Below, in pieces: positions 63,691 through 64,000 of a DNA stretch of 64,000 nt. Source of the DNA: the human T2T-CHM13v2.0 reference genome, Homo sapiens; the NCBI RefSeq assembly GCF_009914755.1, contig NC_060939.1; one strand, 5' to 3'. The stretch's first letter is position 1. The number at the start of each line of letters is the position of its first letter. Below the pieces are notes generated by a model, which was not told the DNA's origin, did not search any database, and was given only the letters and a program-made list of their open reading frames with translations. The position numbers and the translations under genes were made by a program.

Positions 63691-64000
63691 TACAAAGCCA
63701 TGAACTGGCAGAGGGAAGGGGGAGGTGTTTTGTGTGAGGGTGTGGTGCATCCAGTGAGCTTAGATTCTGGTAATGAATGCCAATCCCAGGCCCTGTGGTA
63801 GACCCCCATGGCCTCAGCCTTCTGCAGAGGAACTCGAAGCTCTTTGCCAACAGTCTCTCTTCACCCTCCCCACCTCTCTATTGGAAAGAGATTAAAGAAG
63901 ATCTGTGCCACTTAAAAAATTAAACTGGGAGGAGTAGACAGATGGGGACATGTGGCATCTTAATGACCACATCCAAACAGTGCCACTGGTGAATCATTGG

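Overview
This is primate (most likely human) intronic DNA from NTRK3 (TrkC receptor tyrosine kinase), transcribed on the minus strand. The only recognisable coding sequence is one 189-bp phase 1-1 exon at 41495-41683. It is exon 14 in NM_002530-style numbering and encodes the juxtamembrane region G466-T528, including the caspase site D495 and the SHC-binding NPQY516. Sequence to the right is intron 13 and sequence to the left is intron 14, the two introns broken in ETV6-NTRK3-type fusions. The rest is interspersed repeats (Alu, L1M, HAL1, L2, MIR, MLT1, an LTR10-type solo LTR, MER5A/20/58/82/102/103, a mariner fossil), microsatellites, two unrelated 37-bp minisatellites and unique segments rich in transcription-factor motifs. 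I found no CRISPR array, RNA gene or other protein-coding gene, and the sequence does not demonstrate a new biological system. The best leads are hypotheses around exon 14: (i) a near-canonical ETS-CRE 16-mer on the branch-point region, (ii) a sense-oriented solo LTR with CCAAT/TATA boxes and p53-like half-sites 6.6 kb upstream, (iii) a 72-codon read-through frame followed by AATAAA, and (iv) an Alu that appears to carry a 3' transduction. Leads (i) and (ii) could each yield a Met505-initiated, kinase-only TrkC. Repeat names come from recalled consensus sequences, and boundaries of old repeats are approximate.
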